IMG/VR virus record: IMGVR_UViG_3300043409_000928
Location: 221,305-285,304 of that record
Reading direction: 5' to 3' (one strand)
DNA length: 64,000 bases
Part shown: positions 9,951-17,545 of the stretch, one piece after another
Layout of the letters: every line of letters starts with the position of its first letter
Numbering within the stretch: position 1 is the stretch's first letter
Notes under the pieces: generated by a model
The model's database searches: none
What the model saw: only the letters and a program-made list of their open reading frames with translations
Told to the model about the DNA's origin: nothing
Translations under genes and position numbers: made by a program

Positions 9951-12272
9951 TTAATGAAACAACAAATAGCTACCGATTACATCGTTGCGATTGGCACTGT
10001 TATCTCCATCGCCTGGCATTACAATGGTATTCCATTTTGGCTTGTCGCCAACAGGAGTCTTCATCATTTCATCATATGTTAAAATACTGTTCTTATCTAT
10101 AGCGTATTTCTGCGCCATAATTGATTTGAATTGGTCAAGATTTTCTGCGCTGGCAAACTGCATACGGCCTTTGGCATCTTTCTTTAAATTGTTACCATCA
10201 CGGGCAATTAGGTCAAAGAACATGTCTTTGGGAACTACCTTGCTGTGCTTGACACGCTGAAAATCAATTTTCTTTTCCTGACTGCTCAATGCGCCACCAG
10301 AGAAATTCATATTAAAGTTCTTTGGTCGTTGTCCTGTGGCAACATCGGCCATTTTAGTATAAGCATAAAAGCCCACGTCTGGGTTGGCCGTGGCCACACC
10401 ATAGGCCATGTCTAGATATTCAGCACTGAAGAAGTCACCTGCATCGTGCCAACGCACCACAACCTTGGCATTCTTTTTGGCCATTTTACTTTTGGCGGCA
10501 GCAATTTCTGCATTTAATTGACTTGCAAAGCCTTGGGGATCGTTCAACAAGAAGTTCAGCATACGAGCCAAGCCCATGCTGACTGCTTTGAACATCACAT
10601 AGCTACCTTTCATTGCGTAGCAGAATGTCTTACATGCGCCAGCACCTGGACAAGTGTCTACCACAACAAACTCTCCGGTCTTTTCATTTACAGCCAGACC
10701 TTTGAGTGCAGGCAAGCCAATGTCAAATATGGCTTCTGTGCCTGTTTCGCTGTGTTGCATCTTGGCATTTTGTCCAAGAATTCGTCCAGGACGAACCATA
10801 ATAGATTTCTTTAATGCTTCAGCGTCAAATGTTTTACCGCCTTCATCTTTGACTTGAATATTGCTACCGTGAATATATGGATAATCAAACTTGTCACGCT
10901 TGGTCTTTGTTTTGTTTTTACTGCGACCCATTAGGTCTTGCATTTCTGCATCTGGAACAGCACGGTAATTGGCACCTAGACCAAAGTCACCTGGCGCTTC
11001 TGCTATATTCTTTTTAATTTCACCGGTATTGGGATTTTCATGATCGCCACGCTTGACACCAGACTTATAAACTTTCTCACCTGTGCTTGGGCTTATATAG
11101 TAATCACCTTTAGAATCTGTACCAATGCTTTTCACTTTGTATTTCTCGCTGCCTTCCGCCACACCTTGGTTGACGCTTTCGTTTTGTCTGACCATTTTCA
11201 TTAGTTTATCATAATATGGTCTTGTTTTATTTTCTATTCGTCTGGCAATCTCTTTATCATTTCTAAATTTACGATCATACTCCCATGCCTGATCTTGTGT
11301 TAAGCCAGCGGCTTTACCAGTTGGATCAATTGGATAATTATTCAATCCTTTAATCTCGTTAATTGAGTCTCTTGCTGTCTTCGTTCCCTTATGATAAGAC
11401 ATTTCTAGGTTATCATTGTCACTGGATGCTACTTCTACTTTTGCTTGAGAATGTAAGTCAAACATTTCATTACTCCACTTTGACATTTCCGTGTTTGAAT
11501 TTAACATTAATCCAGATATCATATTATAAACATATCCAAGTAAAAAATACGCCTGTGTATTACTTGGCATTTGTAATTTAGAAGTTTTTTCTTTTTTGCC
11601 AATCTCGTAACCAACACCACCACCAGCCGCACCTGCCACAGCCGCCGCACCCAAGCCTTTTAAGAATCCTCTACGGTCTATTTCATCAATTTGACTTTCA
11701 TTTAAGTCACCAAATGGCAAGTACCAAAACCAATTTTCAAAGCCACCTGGATTGGTATCGTAGTCCTGGTGTGCGCTGTTACGGGCACTCATCATCATAC
11801 GCTTGAATTCACTCACAGCGCCATTCTTTTCAGCCACTGCTTCTAGTGCATCATATAATTGGCCAGCTTTAAAACTATCTCTATGCTTTTCAATTCCCGG
11901 TGCCAGCTCATCATACACATCAGCAAATTGCAAATGTAAGTCGCTCATTACACCTTCTTTGACTGTGTCTTCTACTGTGCCTACATAATTGTGATCGTGT
12001 ACTTGATAGCCTTGCTTCTTGTACCATTTGACGGCTGTGTCACAGGCCTGTTCGCGACCGTCTGCTGTGACAGAACACATTCTTTGTCGAGTTTCACCAC
12101 GCTGACTAACAGCAGTATGGTTAGGATCGCTTACTGTAACAGCAACCTTGTGTTTTTGGCGGCCTTCTACTGCTTCTTCGACTTCTTTTTCATCATCTTT
12201 AACAAAAGCATCCAAGCTCATTACAGTAAGTCCGTGTAGTTTGCCTACACCAGCCACTTCGAATATTTTCAT
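9951..12272 (-). CDS. 773-aa polyprotein with internal twin-arginine motif and C-terminal GP88-like (radical-SAM-like) domain
   Basis: MKIFEV N-term; linkers AVE|G, VKE|G, IDE|I, QGVAE|G, IAE|A; RRGFLKGLGAAAVAG; CPGAGACKTFCYA and RWHDAGDFFS. Confidence 0.7.
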   Translation of the reverse strand: MKIFEVAGVGKLHGLTVMSLDAFVKDDEKEVEEAVEGRQKHKVAVTVSDPNHTAVSQRGETRQRMCSVTADGREQACDTAVKWYKKQGYQVHDHNYVGTVEDTVKEGVMSDLHLQFADVYDELAPGIEKHRDSFKAGQLYDALEAVAEKNGAVSEFKRMMMSARNSAHQDYDTNPGGFENWFWYLPFGDLNESQIDEIDRRGFLKGLGAAAVAGAAGGGVGYEIGKKEKTSKLQMPSNTQAYFLLGYVYNMISGLMLNSNTEMSKWSNEMFDLHSQAKVEVASSDNDNLEMSYHKGTKTARDSINEIKGLNNYPIDPTGKAAGLTQDQAWEYDRKFRNDKEIARRIENKTRPYYDKLMKMVRQNESVNQGVAEGSEKYKVKSIGTDSKGDYYISPSTGEKVYKSGVKRGDHENPNTGEIKKNIAEAPGDFGLGANYRAVPDAEMQDLMGRSKNKTKTKRDKFDYPYIHGSNIQVKDEGGKTFDAEALKKSIMVRPGRILGQNAKMQHSETGTEAIFDIGLPALKGLAVNEKTGEFVVVDTCPGAGACKTFCYAMKGSYVMFKAVSMGLARMLNFLLNDPQGFASQLNAEIAAAKSKMAKKNAKVVVRWHDAGDFFSAEYLDMAYGVATANPDVGFYAYTKMADVATGQRPKNFNMNFSGGALSSQEKKIDFQRVKHSKVVPKDMFFDLIARDGNNLKKDAKGRMQFASAENLDQFKSIMAQKYAIDKNSILTYDEMMKTPVGDKPKWNTIVMPGDGDNSANRNDVIGSYLLFH

Positions 12273-12330
12273 AATATTAATCCTAAATTAATTGCCAAAC
12301 AAAGGCTTCAGGATATTTAGTCATAATTAA

Positions 12331-12357
12331 AAGCCCACTGGTATTAGCAGTGGGCTT
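12331..12357 (-). terminator. Intrinsic terminator hairpin
   Basis: AAGCCCACTG-CTAATAC-CAGTGGGCTT, 10-bp stem, downstream of 12376 gene and upstream of a TAAATA motif. Confidence 0.7.
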
Positions 12358-12375
12358 ATTTCAATGAATATTAAA

Positions 12376-12573
12376 TCATTTTCCGTTTATTGCACGGAGA
12401 CGCTCGACCTTTTCATGCTGGTCACGACAGTCGGGACTGCAAAATGACCACTCAGTGGGTTCTTCGCATGTAAGGCAAAAGCCTGTGCGAATAGGTTTAA
12501 ATTGTTTGGCAACTGCACGGCGTAATTCTTCCGCGGCTTCCATTGCTTCTTGTGCGTCATCTACTATATCTGC
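12376..12573 (-). CDS. TraR/DksA-like or DUF2116-like Zn-finger protein
   Basis: MADIVDDAQE acidic N-term; CLTC...FCSPDC; SD AAGGAAG supports start at 12573. Confidence 0.55.
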   Translation of the reverse strand, partial: ADIVDDAQEAMEAAEELRRAVAKQFKPIRTGFCLTCEEPTEWSFCSPDCRDQHEKVERLRAINGK

Positions 12574-12608
12574 CATTGTACTTCCTTTGATCAATAATGT
12601 AATTATGC

Positions 12609-12974
12609 CTAGTCGGCCTTAGAGTCAGGCTTTTCACCTGCTAATTTTTTAAGCATGGCACGGGCCCGAACATCATCTTCTTTTCTGGCTCGTTTAACAT
12701 CATCGCTCAACTTCAAATGACTATCATATTCTCTGGCCCATTCTACACCAGCTAGCCAGTGTTCAAGTCCTTCAATACTGCCCACAAACAACTCAGCGTC
12801 ACGACTGTAAATTGGTAGAGCCATGGCATCAATGGGCACCAGGCTTAGTGCGCCATGATCGTCAGTGAAACTACTGTGCCTTGATTGATTGAATTTAAAA
12901 CCAATTTTGGTAATTCGTTTCTCAAGCCTGCGAATGCGTTCAATTGTGTTCCAACCTGCCATTATACTCTCCAA
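12609..12974 (-). CDS. Hypothetical phage protein
   Basis: 121-aa ORF in co-directional run. Confidence 0.6.
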   Translation of the reverse strand: MESIMAGWNTIERIRRLEKRITKIGFKFNQSRHSSFTDDHGALSLVPIDAMALPIYSRDAELFVGSIEGLEHWLAGVEWAREYDSHLKLSDDVKRARKEDDVRARAMLKKLAGEKPDSKAD

Positions 12975-13021
12975 CTGTTGGTACCATTATTCAATATGGT
13001 GTATCGTAAATTATACACTGG

Positions 13022-13447
13022 TTAATTCACAATGTCAATTATTTTATTAATATGAAATAAATCCACGCTTTCCGAATAATAACCATTGCTTTCCCCAAGC
13101 CAGCGAACGTCAACCCAGCCTTTGAATGTTGCAAACTTGTAAAAGGTCCAGGTGGAACTTTCGTGACACTGGTAAGATTCGGGAACGGTGCCAGCGACTT
13201 CTTCAGCTACCAGGATAGGCGTGCCAACCAGGTCCTGCAGGTCCCCTACAATGTCCTCTACAGTCACATGTTCACAGCAATCTTGCATGTGAGCAAACAC
13301 ATAGCTTTCGCGATCGTTGGACAACACAATTTGACCATGTCCCGGGTCTCCGGTAACTTGTGTAAACACCTTGCCAATCATGCTAGCCAGACCCTCGGAC
13401 GTTTTTACATGGTCGTCGTAGCCCACTGACACATAAACATTATTCAT
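13022..13447 (-). CDS. Conserved hypothetical phage protein
   Basis: HMQDCCE and WLGESNGYYSE motifs typical of a phage family of unknown function. Confidence 0.65.
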   Translation of the reverse strand: MNNVYVSVGYDDHVKTSEGLASMIGKVFTQVTGDPGHGQIVLSNDRESYVFAHMQDCCEHVTVEDIVGDLQDLVGTPILVAEEVAGTVPESYQCHESSTWTFYKFATFKGWVDVRWLGESNGYYSESVDLFHINKIIDIVN

Positions 13448-13456
13448 TTTTAAATC

Positions 13457-13741
13457 CTATTTTTTAGGTAAATCTTTTGCCATCTCGTACCACCTGGTGG
13501 CTTTTGTAAAATTAAAATTTGGGTGTCTGTACATGTAATCTCGCTTGCGCTCTGCCGCCTCTAGTGCGTCTAGCATACGCATTTTATCAAAAAATGGCAG
13601 GCCCATTAATACCCGGTTCATGTCTGTTATGTCTAACTGATATTCTACCCATTTTTCTGTAGCTTTTATATTATAAAAACTGCCATATGCTTTGCGATTA
13701 TTAGCACTTGTGTATTTGCTTATAAAGTTTTTAGCTTGCAT
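13457..13741 (-). CDS. Hypothetical protein
   Basis: SD AAGGAG and sigma70 promoter upstream. Confidence 0.65.
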   Translation of the reverse strand: MQAKNFISKYTSANNRKAYGSFYNIKATEKWVEYQLDITDMNRVLMGLPFFDKMRMLDALEAAERKRDYMYRHPNFNFTKATRWYEMAKDLPKK

Positions 13742-13771
13742 TTACTGTCTCCTTTTGTATAAAGAATAGTC

Positions 13772-13800
13772 AGTATAACACAAAACAATGCCCTTGTCAA
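13772..13800 (-). promoter_or_regulatory. sigma70-type promoter
   Basis: TTGACA-17-TATACT with TGn extension. Confidence 0.8.
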
Positions 13801-13826
13801 CAGCCGGGGTATTGTGTACTCAAGTA

Positions 13827-14078
13827 CTAGTCGCCTATGTGACGCATTTTCACATTCAAATGAGCCTGTTCATGTTCAACCAAGAATTTGTGGTTCTTCA
13901 CAGCTTCAGCTTCGGTGTCGTAAGTGGCCACAACATTGTTATCGCCATTGTCATAAAACAAGCAGGTTTCCCATCCACGGCCAGCAGAGTTCAATTTGAC
14001 AGTGGATATTTCAACGGTGCCCACTCGATCCAAGGCCACCTTTTCTGGCATTACAAAATTGTTTACAAAATCTTTCAT
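13827..14078 (-). CDS. Hypothetical protein
   Basis: 83-aa ORF, SD AAGGAG. Confidence 0.65.
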   Translation of the reverse strand: MKDFVNNFVMPEKVALDRVGTVEISTVKLNSAGRGWETCLFYDNGDNNVVATYDTEAEAVKNHKFLVEHEQAHLNVKMRHIGD

Positions 14079-14090
14079 GCTAATTACTCC

Positions 14091-14732
14091 TTAACCCCAA
14101 GCCAAACCAAATCGTTTTGCACACACAGGACCATAACCCACTTGTGTGCTACGCTCGTCTTTCAAACCATGACTGCAAAAACTGCAACCACCTGTGAGTC
14201 TACCATAACGGCCTGCAGTTTCTGCAGGGTTTTCGCTGAACTCTTTGACCAGCTCACTCACTTCCTGCGTGGCACTACGGGTGGCAAAGAACTCACCAGT
14301 GACATCAACACGACCAAAGAACTTGTTCTGTCCAAAGGGCTGGCCGTCTGTGATCATGATTTGGCCTGCATACTTGCTCATTGAGCCTGCACGGTTAAAC
14401 ACCACTGGCTGACCCGCTGACGTCTGCAAGCGAACCTTGATACGCTTCATGGTCTGGCTGGCCACATCAAACAGGTCCTGGATGGCTTTAAAGTCCACAG
14501 TCACATAGGCAACTGGAGCAGGCTTAGGAGCCATGGCCCGCTGAGTCAAGGTATCAATCCAGGGCAATTGTTTGTCGCTGAGTTTGCCAAAGCGATTGAA
14601 GCCAGCAATCAGTGAACCAGCAAAAGCTTGATCACGTTGGCCCAGCTGATCCATCACAGCCACCAGAGCATCAACAGCGGCCTTTTGAACAGCATCAACA
14701 ACAACTGGATTACGGGTTTTGTATGCAAACAT
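14091..14732 (-). CDS. DUF6011-like Zn-binding domain protein
   Basis: C-term CSFCSHGLKDERSTQVGYGPVCAKRFG; start moved to 14732 because promoter lies at 14761-14789. Confidence 0.7.
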   Translation of the reverse strand: MFAYKTRNPVVVDAVQKAAVDALVAVMDQLGQRDQAFAGSLIAGFNRFGKLSDKQLPWIDTLTQRAMAPKPAPVAYVTVDFKAIQDLFDVASQTMKRIKVRLQTSAGQPVVFNRAGSMSKYAGQIMITDGQPFGQNKFFGRVDVTGEFFATRSATQEVSELVKEFSENPAETAGRYGRLTGGCSFCSHGLKDERSTQVGYGPVCAKRFGLAWG

Positions 14733-14760
14733 TTTGGTTCCTTTTTGCTGGTATGTGTGT

Positions 14761-14789
14761 ATTATACTGGATCTGTCCCATTTGGTCAA
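14761..14789 (-). promoter_or_regulatory. sigma70-type promoter
   Basis: TTGACC-17-TATAAT. Confidence 0.85.
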
Positions 14790-14792
14790 CCG

Positions 14793-15071
14793 TTAATTGC
14801 ACCAGTAAGCTTCGCTGTCTACACGGCAAGCCCAGGGAGTGTCTGCATCAATCGTTACAGGCAAGCCAGTCATCAAATTCTTCACTGTGATCTTGGGTGC
14901 CGTGTATGTAGCACGGTCCACAATGTTCAGTTGGCTTTCAGTCCAACCTGCTTTGTTGCACAAGCGAGTTCTGGTAGCACGAGCGGCACCAAAAGTCTTG
15001 TAAGCACGGGTCTTGTTAGGACCATCTGTAACAATTAAACCAGTACCTTTTGCAACAATTACGTATGACAT
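14793..15071 (-). CDS. Hypothetical early protein
   Basis: SD AAGGA, own promoter. Confidence 0.65.
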   Translation of the reverse strand: MSYVIVAKGTGLIVTDGPNKTRAYKTFGAARATRTRLCNKAGWTESQLNIVDRATYTAPKITVKNLMTGLPVTIDADTPWACRVDSEAYWCN

Positions 15072-15101
15072 TTTGAGTTCCTTTTTGCTGTTTATGTGTA
15101 T

Positions 15102-15130
15102 ATTATACTGTGGATTGGGCCTACTGTCAA
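15102..15130 (-). promoter_or_regulatory. sigma70-type promoter
   Basis: Perfect TTGACA-17-TATAAT. Confidence 0.9.
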
Positions 15131-15139
15131 CCGAAATTG

Positions 15140-15157
15140 TGTTGTATTTTTACAACG
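15140..15157. promoter_or_regulatory. Palindromic operator-like TGTTG-N8-CAAC(A/G); further copies at 15766-15783 and 56756-56773
   Basis: Three 18-bp palindromes with T-rich core, each just upstream of a sigma70 -35 box. Confidence 0.55.
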
Positions 15158-15347
15158 AATTTGTAACAGGATGAATTTCAAAGCGGTAGCCCAACTTCTT
15201 TGGATACAGTTGGTATTGCAGTTCACGCACTTCACGGCCCATTTCTGCTGAGTCACGATGTTGCCAAACTGAAGTTGAAACAATTCGCTCGCCAGACTTG
15301 CAACGGCGGTCCACTTTGTAAATGTACATGGTGTGTGACTGTTTCAT
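15150..15347 (-). CDS. Hypothetical protein
   Basis: 65-aa ORF, SD AAGGAG. Confidence 0.6.
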   Translation of the reverse strand: MKQSHTMYIYKVDRRCKSGERIVSTSVWQHRDSAEMGREVRELQYQLYPKKLGYRFEIHPVTNSL

Positions 15348-15356
15348 GATAACTCC

Positions 15357-15689
15357 TTAAAGTGTATTGAGTGCTGGTTGCATGATTGCTGTCAGTTCAC
15401 GCTCGCGAGCATGAGCCGCTGTCTTGCCACGCACAACTTCCAACAAGTAAGGCGTAAAGCCTTCACGACCGTGTGTACGAAGTGCTTCGCACAGATTCCA
15501 GTTCTTGCTTTCTGTATTGGCACGGCTCAAGTGACGATTAAAACGTCCACGCACAGAGCTTAATGCAGAGCCATCAACCACTGTGATTCCGATGTAGCTT
15601 TCGCCTGTAACTTCGCAGAACAGCTCGTATATCGCATGGTTGCGATCTGTACGGCGCTTGCGTTGTGTTGGAGTGTTTTTGCAGTTCAT
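15357..15689 (-). CDS. GIY-YIG domain protein
   Basis: HAIYELFCEVTGESYIGIT...RFNRH...ARERE. Confidence 0.7.
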   Translation of the reverse strand: MNCKNTPTQRKRRTDRNHAIYELFCEVTGESYIGITVVDGSALSSVRGRFNRHLSRANTESKNWNLCEALRTHGREGFTPYLLEVVRGKTAAHARERELTAIMQPALNTL

Positions 15690-15695
15690 GTTATT

Positions 15696-15724
15696 ATTAT
15701 AGCACTCTGGACCACTTTGGTCAA
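15696..15724 (-). promoter_or_regulatory. sigma70 promoter abutting ATG (leaderless)
   Basis: TTGACC-17-TATAAT-6nt-ATG, no SD. Confidence 0.8.
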
Positions 15725-15911
15725 CCGTTTTCTGGCGTTTTAAGCCGGATTTCTGAGCCTATTTTTGTTGTTTTTTAGCAACAAACTGGGATATGCACTG
15801 GATTAAGCTGGATTAGTATTTTTGTGGGGTTTTTGCAACAAAAAGTAGTGGATTTTGTGGTGAAAGGTGACCCAATAATTGAAGCATTGAATAAATATGT
15901 TTGTGCAAATG

Positions 15912-15931
15912 AAACACCCTTAGGGGTGTTT
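15912..15931. terminator. Terminator hairpin
   Basis: AAACACCC-TTAG-GGGTGTTT, 15 bp downstream of lipoprotein stop. Confidence 0.6.
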
Positions 15932-15946
15932 CTTTTTGGCTTTAGT

Positions 15947-16276
15947 TTAACGACCCAGTCCCGAACGGTATGCTTCATTTTCTCTGCGGCGTTGTTCTTC
16001 ATAGTATCGCTGACGAGTACCACGAGCACAGGCATCACGTTCACTTGAGCTGTAAAAGCGGTTGCATTGTTCGTTAACAATGACCACTTGTTCTTGCCTG
16101 ATTACACGAACTGGCGTTGCATCCTGCACTATTACTGTTCTAGGTTGAGCAAGTGCTGAACCAACGATTAGGCCAGTGGCACCACCGATCAACATGCCAG
16201 TACCGTAGCGACTGGCACACCCTGTTGTTAAAAGTGTCAATGCAACGATTGGGATTAAAATAAGCTTTTTCATCAT
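15947..16276 (-). CDS. Glycine-zipper lipoprotein
   Basis: MMKKLILIP...LLTTG-C lipobox, GMLIGGATGLIVGS zipper; SD AAGGAG. Confidence 0.7.
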   Translation of the reverse strand: MMKKLILIPIVALTLLTTGCASRYGTGMLIGGATGLIVGSALAQPRTVIVQDATPVRVIRQEQVVIVNEQCNRFYSSSERDACARGTRQRYYEEQRRRENEAYRSGLGR

Positions 16277-16295
16277 GTGCTCCTTTGCACTATAT

Positions 16296-16694
16296 TTACC
16301 TACGCATTTTACTAATTGCTTCAGCTTCTTCGCTACTAAAAATTGGGACTGCATTACTCTTGTGCATGGTTCCAATTCCCAGTATCTTAGTTCCAGTATA
16401 ACACTGAACGGGCTTTGTTGCAACCGGACCTAGTATTGTATCAGACCTGCTGGGCCTGCGCGGCCCTGTATCCCGTATATGTGGTCGAGTAACAACAGGC
16501 CCATTAAAAGACTTGGTAGTGGTCTTAATTTTACCATCAGAAAATGGTTTAAACTTGGTCCAAGACTCTTTGGTCTGTTCCCATTGTTCTTCAAGTTCGC
16601 GGGCCTTACGAGCATGTTCGGCACTGGCAAACTTGCGCTTGGTTTTCTTTTTGCCTGTAGTACTAAGCCACGGGCCTTCTAGATGCATGGTCAT
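16296..16694 (-). CDS. Conserved hypothetical phage protein
   Basis: MHLEGPWLST...YTGTKILGIGTMHKSNAVPIF. Confidence 0.7.
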   Translation of the reverse strand: MTMHLEGPWLSTTGKKKTKRKFASAEHARKARELEEQWEQTKESWTKFKPFSDGKIKTTTKSFNGPVVTRPHIRDTGPRRPSRSDTILGPVATKPVQCYTGTKILGIGTMHKSNAVPIFSSEEAEAISKMRR

Positions 16695-16699
16695 GCTTT

Positions 16700-16728
16700 A
16701 TTATAGCACCATGCAACAGCTTTGTCAA
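16700..16728 (-). promoter_or_regulatory. sigma70 promoter abutting ATG (leaderless)
   Basis: TTGACA-17-TATAAT-5nt-ATG. Confidence 0.8.
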
Positions 16729-16762
16729 CGGATTAAATGCAGTATGCAATAGTCAAAAGAAA

Positions 16763-16860
16763 ATGCTCACTTTCGTAAAAATCGGGCACGACTCCTATTC
16801 TACGGACCAGCAGCCGGTCCACACTTATGATAACGCAAAGCGTTCCTAAGGTAGTGTGTT
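16763..16860 (-). ncRNA. Candidate structured non-coding RNA
   Basis: Stems AACGC/GCGTT, GGACC/GGTCC, CGTAGAA/TTTTACG, CTTA/TAAG packed in about 100 nt of non-coding DNA. Confidence 0.45.
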
Positions 16861-16864
16861 CTTA

Positions 16865-17065
16865 TTAAGCCTGTTGCCTTGTTGCGTCAGTTGTATTAAT
16901 CCAAGCCATGAAAAGTGATTCCATATCTGCTTTGTCACCAGCCTGCCAGTTTTTTGATGCAACTTCAAATTCTTCAGCAAATTTGCTAACAACCCATTCG
17001 TCAAAATTTTGTTTGCCGTCTTGCAGTTGCCAAATAGTTCCTTCTTGATCTGTCCATGTAGTCAT
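16865..17065 (-). CDS. Hypothetical protein (paralog of 17143-17400)
   Basis: MTTWTDQEG...GKQNFDEWVVSKFA near-identical to neighbour. Confidence 0.75.
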   Translation of the reverse strand: MTTWTDQEGTIWQLQDGKQNFDEWVVSKFAEEFEVASKNWQAGDKADMESLFMAWINTTDATRQQA

Positions 17066-17142
17066 AATATTTAATTCCTTAAATTAAGTAGGGAATTTTC
17101 TACTCCCATTAATTTTATTTATCTTACGGTAGTGTGTTCTTA

Positions 17143-17400
17143 TTAAGCCCGGCCGCCTGCTGCCACTCGTGCCGCTGCCGCTTCTGCTTCGTTGCGAGCA
17201 ATTCTTGTTTGATTTACCGCGTCGGTGGTGTTGGCCCAAGCAGAAAAAAGTGATTCCATATCTGTTTTGTCGCCAGCATTCCATTTGGTTGATGCAACAG
17301 TAAACTCGTCAGCAAATTTGCTAACAACCCATTCGTCAAAATTTTGTTTACCTTCTTGCAGTTCCCAGACTGAACCTTCTGCGTCTGTCCATGTAGTCAT
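17143..17400 (-). CDS. Hypothetical protein (paralog of 16865-17065)
   Basis: MTTWTDAEG...GKQNFDEWVVSKFA. Confidence 0.75.
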   Translation of the reverse strand: MTTWTDAEGSVWELQEGKQNFDEWVVSKFADEFTVASTKWNAGDKTDMESLFSAWANTTDAVNQTRIARNEAEAAAARVAAGGRA

Positions 17401-17456
17401 GTGTTTAATTCCTTATATTAAGTAGGGAATTTTCTATCCCATCAACTTTATTTATG

Positions 17457-17543
17457 TTAGACCGGGCTATAAGGGTTTCTTGGACGGTCTGTGCCGTCAT
17501 CTTCCGGATAAACCGGGTATTGGTTTTCGTTTTCTGGTTCCAT
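17457..17543 (-). CDS. 28-aa acidic peptide
   Basis: Hand translation MEPENENQYPVYPEDDGTDRPRNPYSPV. Confidence 0.45.
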   Translation of the reverse strand: MEPENENQYPVYPEDDGTDRPRNPYSPV

Positions 17544-17545
17544 GA

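Larger units (their letters stand above)
5335..11168 (-). repeat. Dispersed 16-bp repeat CAAGGTGTGGCGGAAG (QGVAE linker) at 5335-5350, 6064-6079, 6442-6457 (one mismatch), 11153-11168
   Basis: Plus-strand cttccgccacaccttg read directly three times; cttccgtcacaccttg once. Confidence 0.95.

Noticed and set aside
2783-12272. Inteins or introns explaining the large ORFs
   Set aside because: No Cys/Ser-start plus His-Asn-end splice motifs or LAGLIDADG; junctions are Glu-ended linkers instead.
12961-12989. Promoter overlapping the 12974 gene start
   Set aside because: TATAAT is present but there is no -35 at 17 bp; likely coincidental with SD-led start.
16763-16860. SAH riboswitch or hammerhead identity for the structured element
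   Set aside because: AGGAACGCUUUGCG resembles the SAH 5' part, but the conserved CCAGGCUC and AACGGCGCUC segments are missing; no CUGAUGA/GAAA core.
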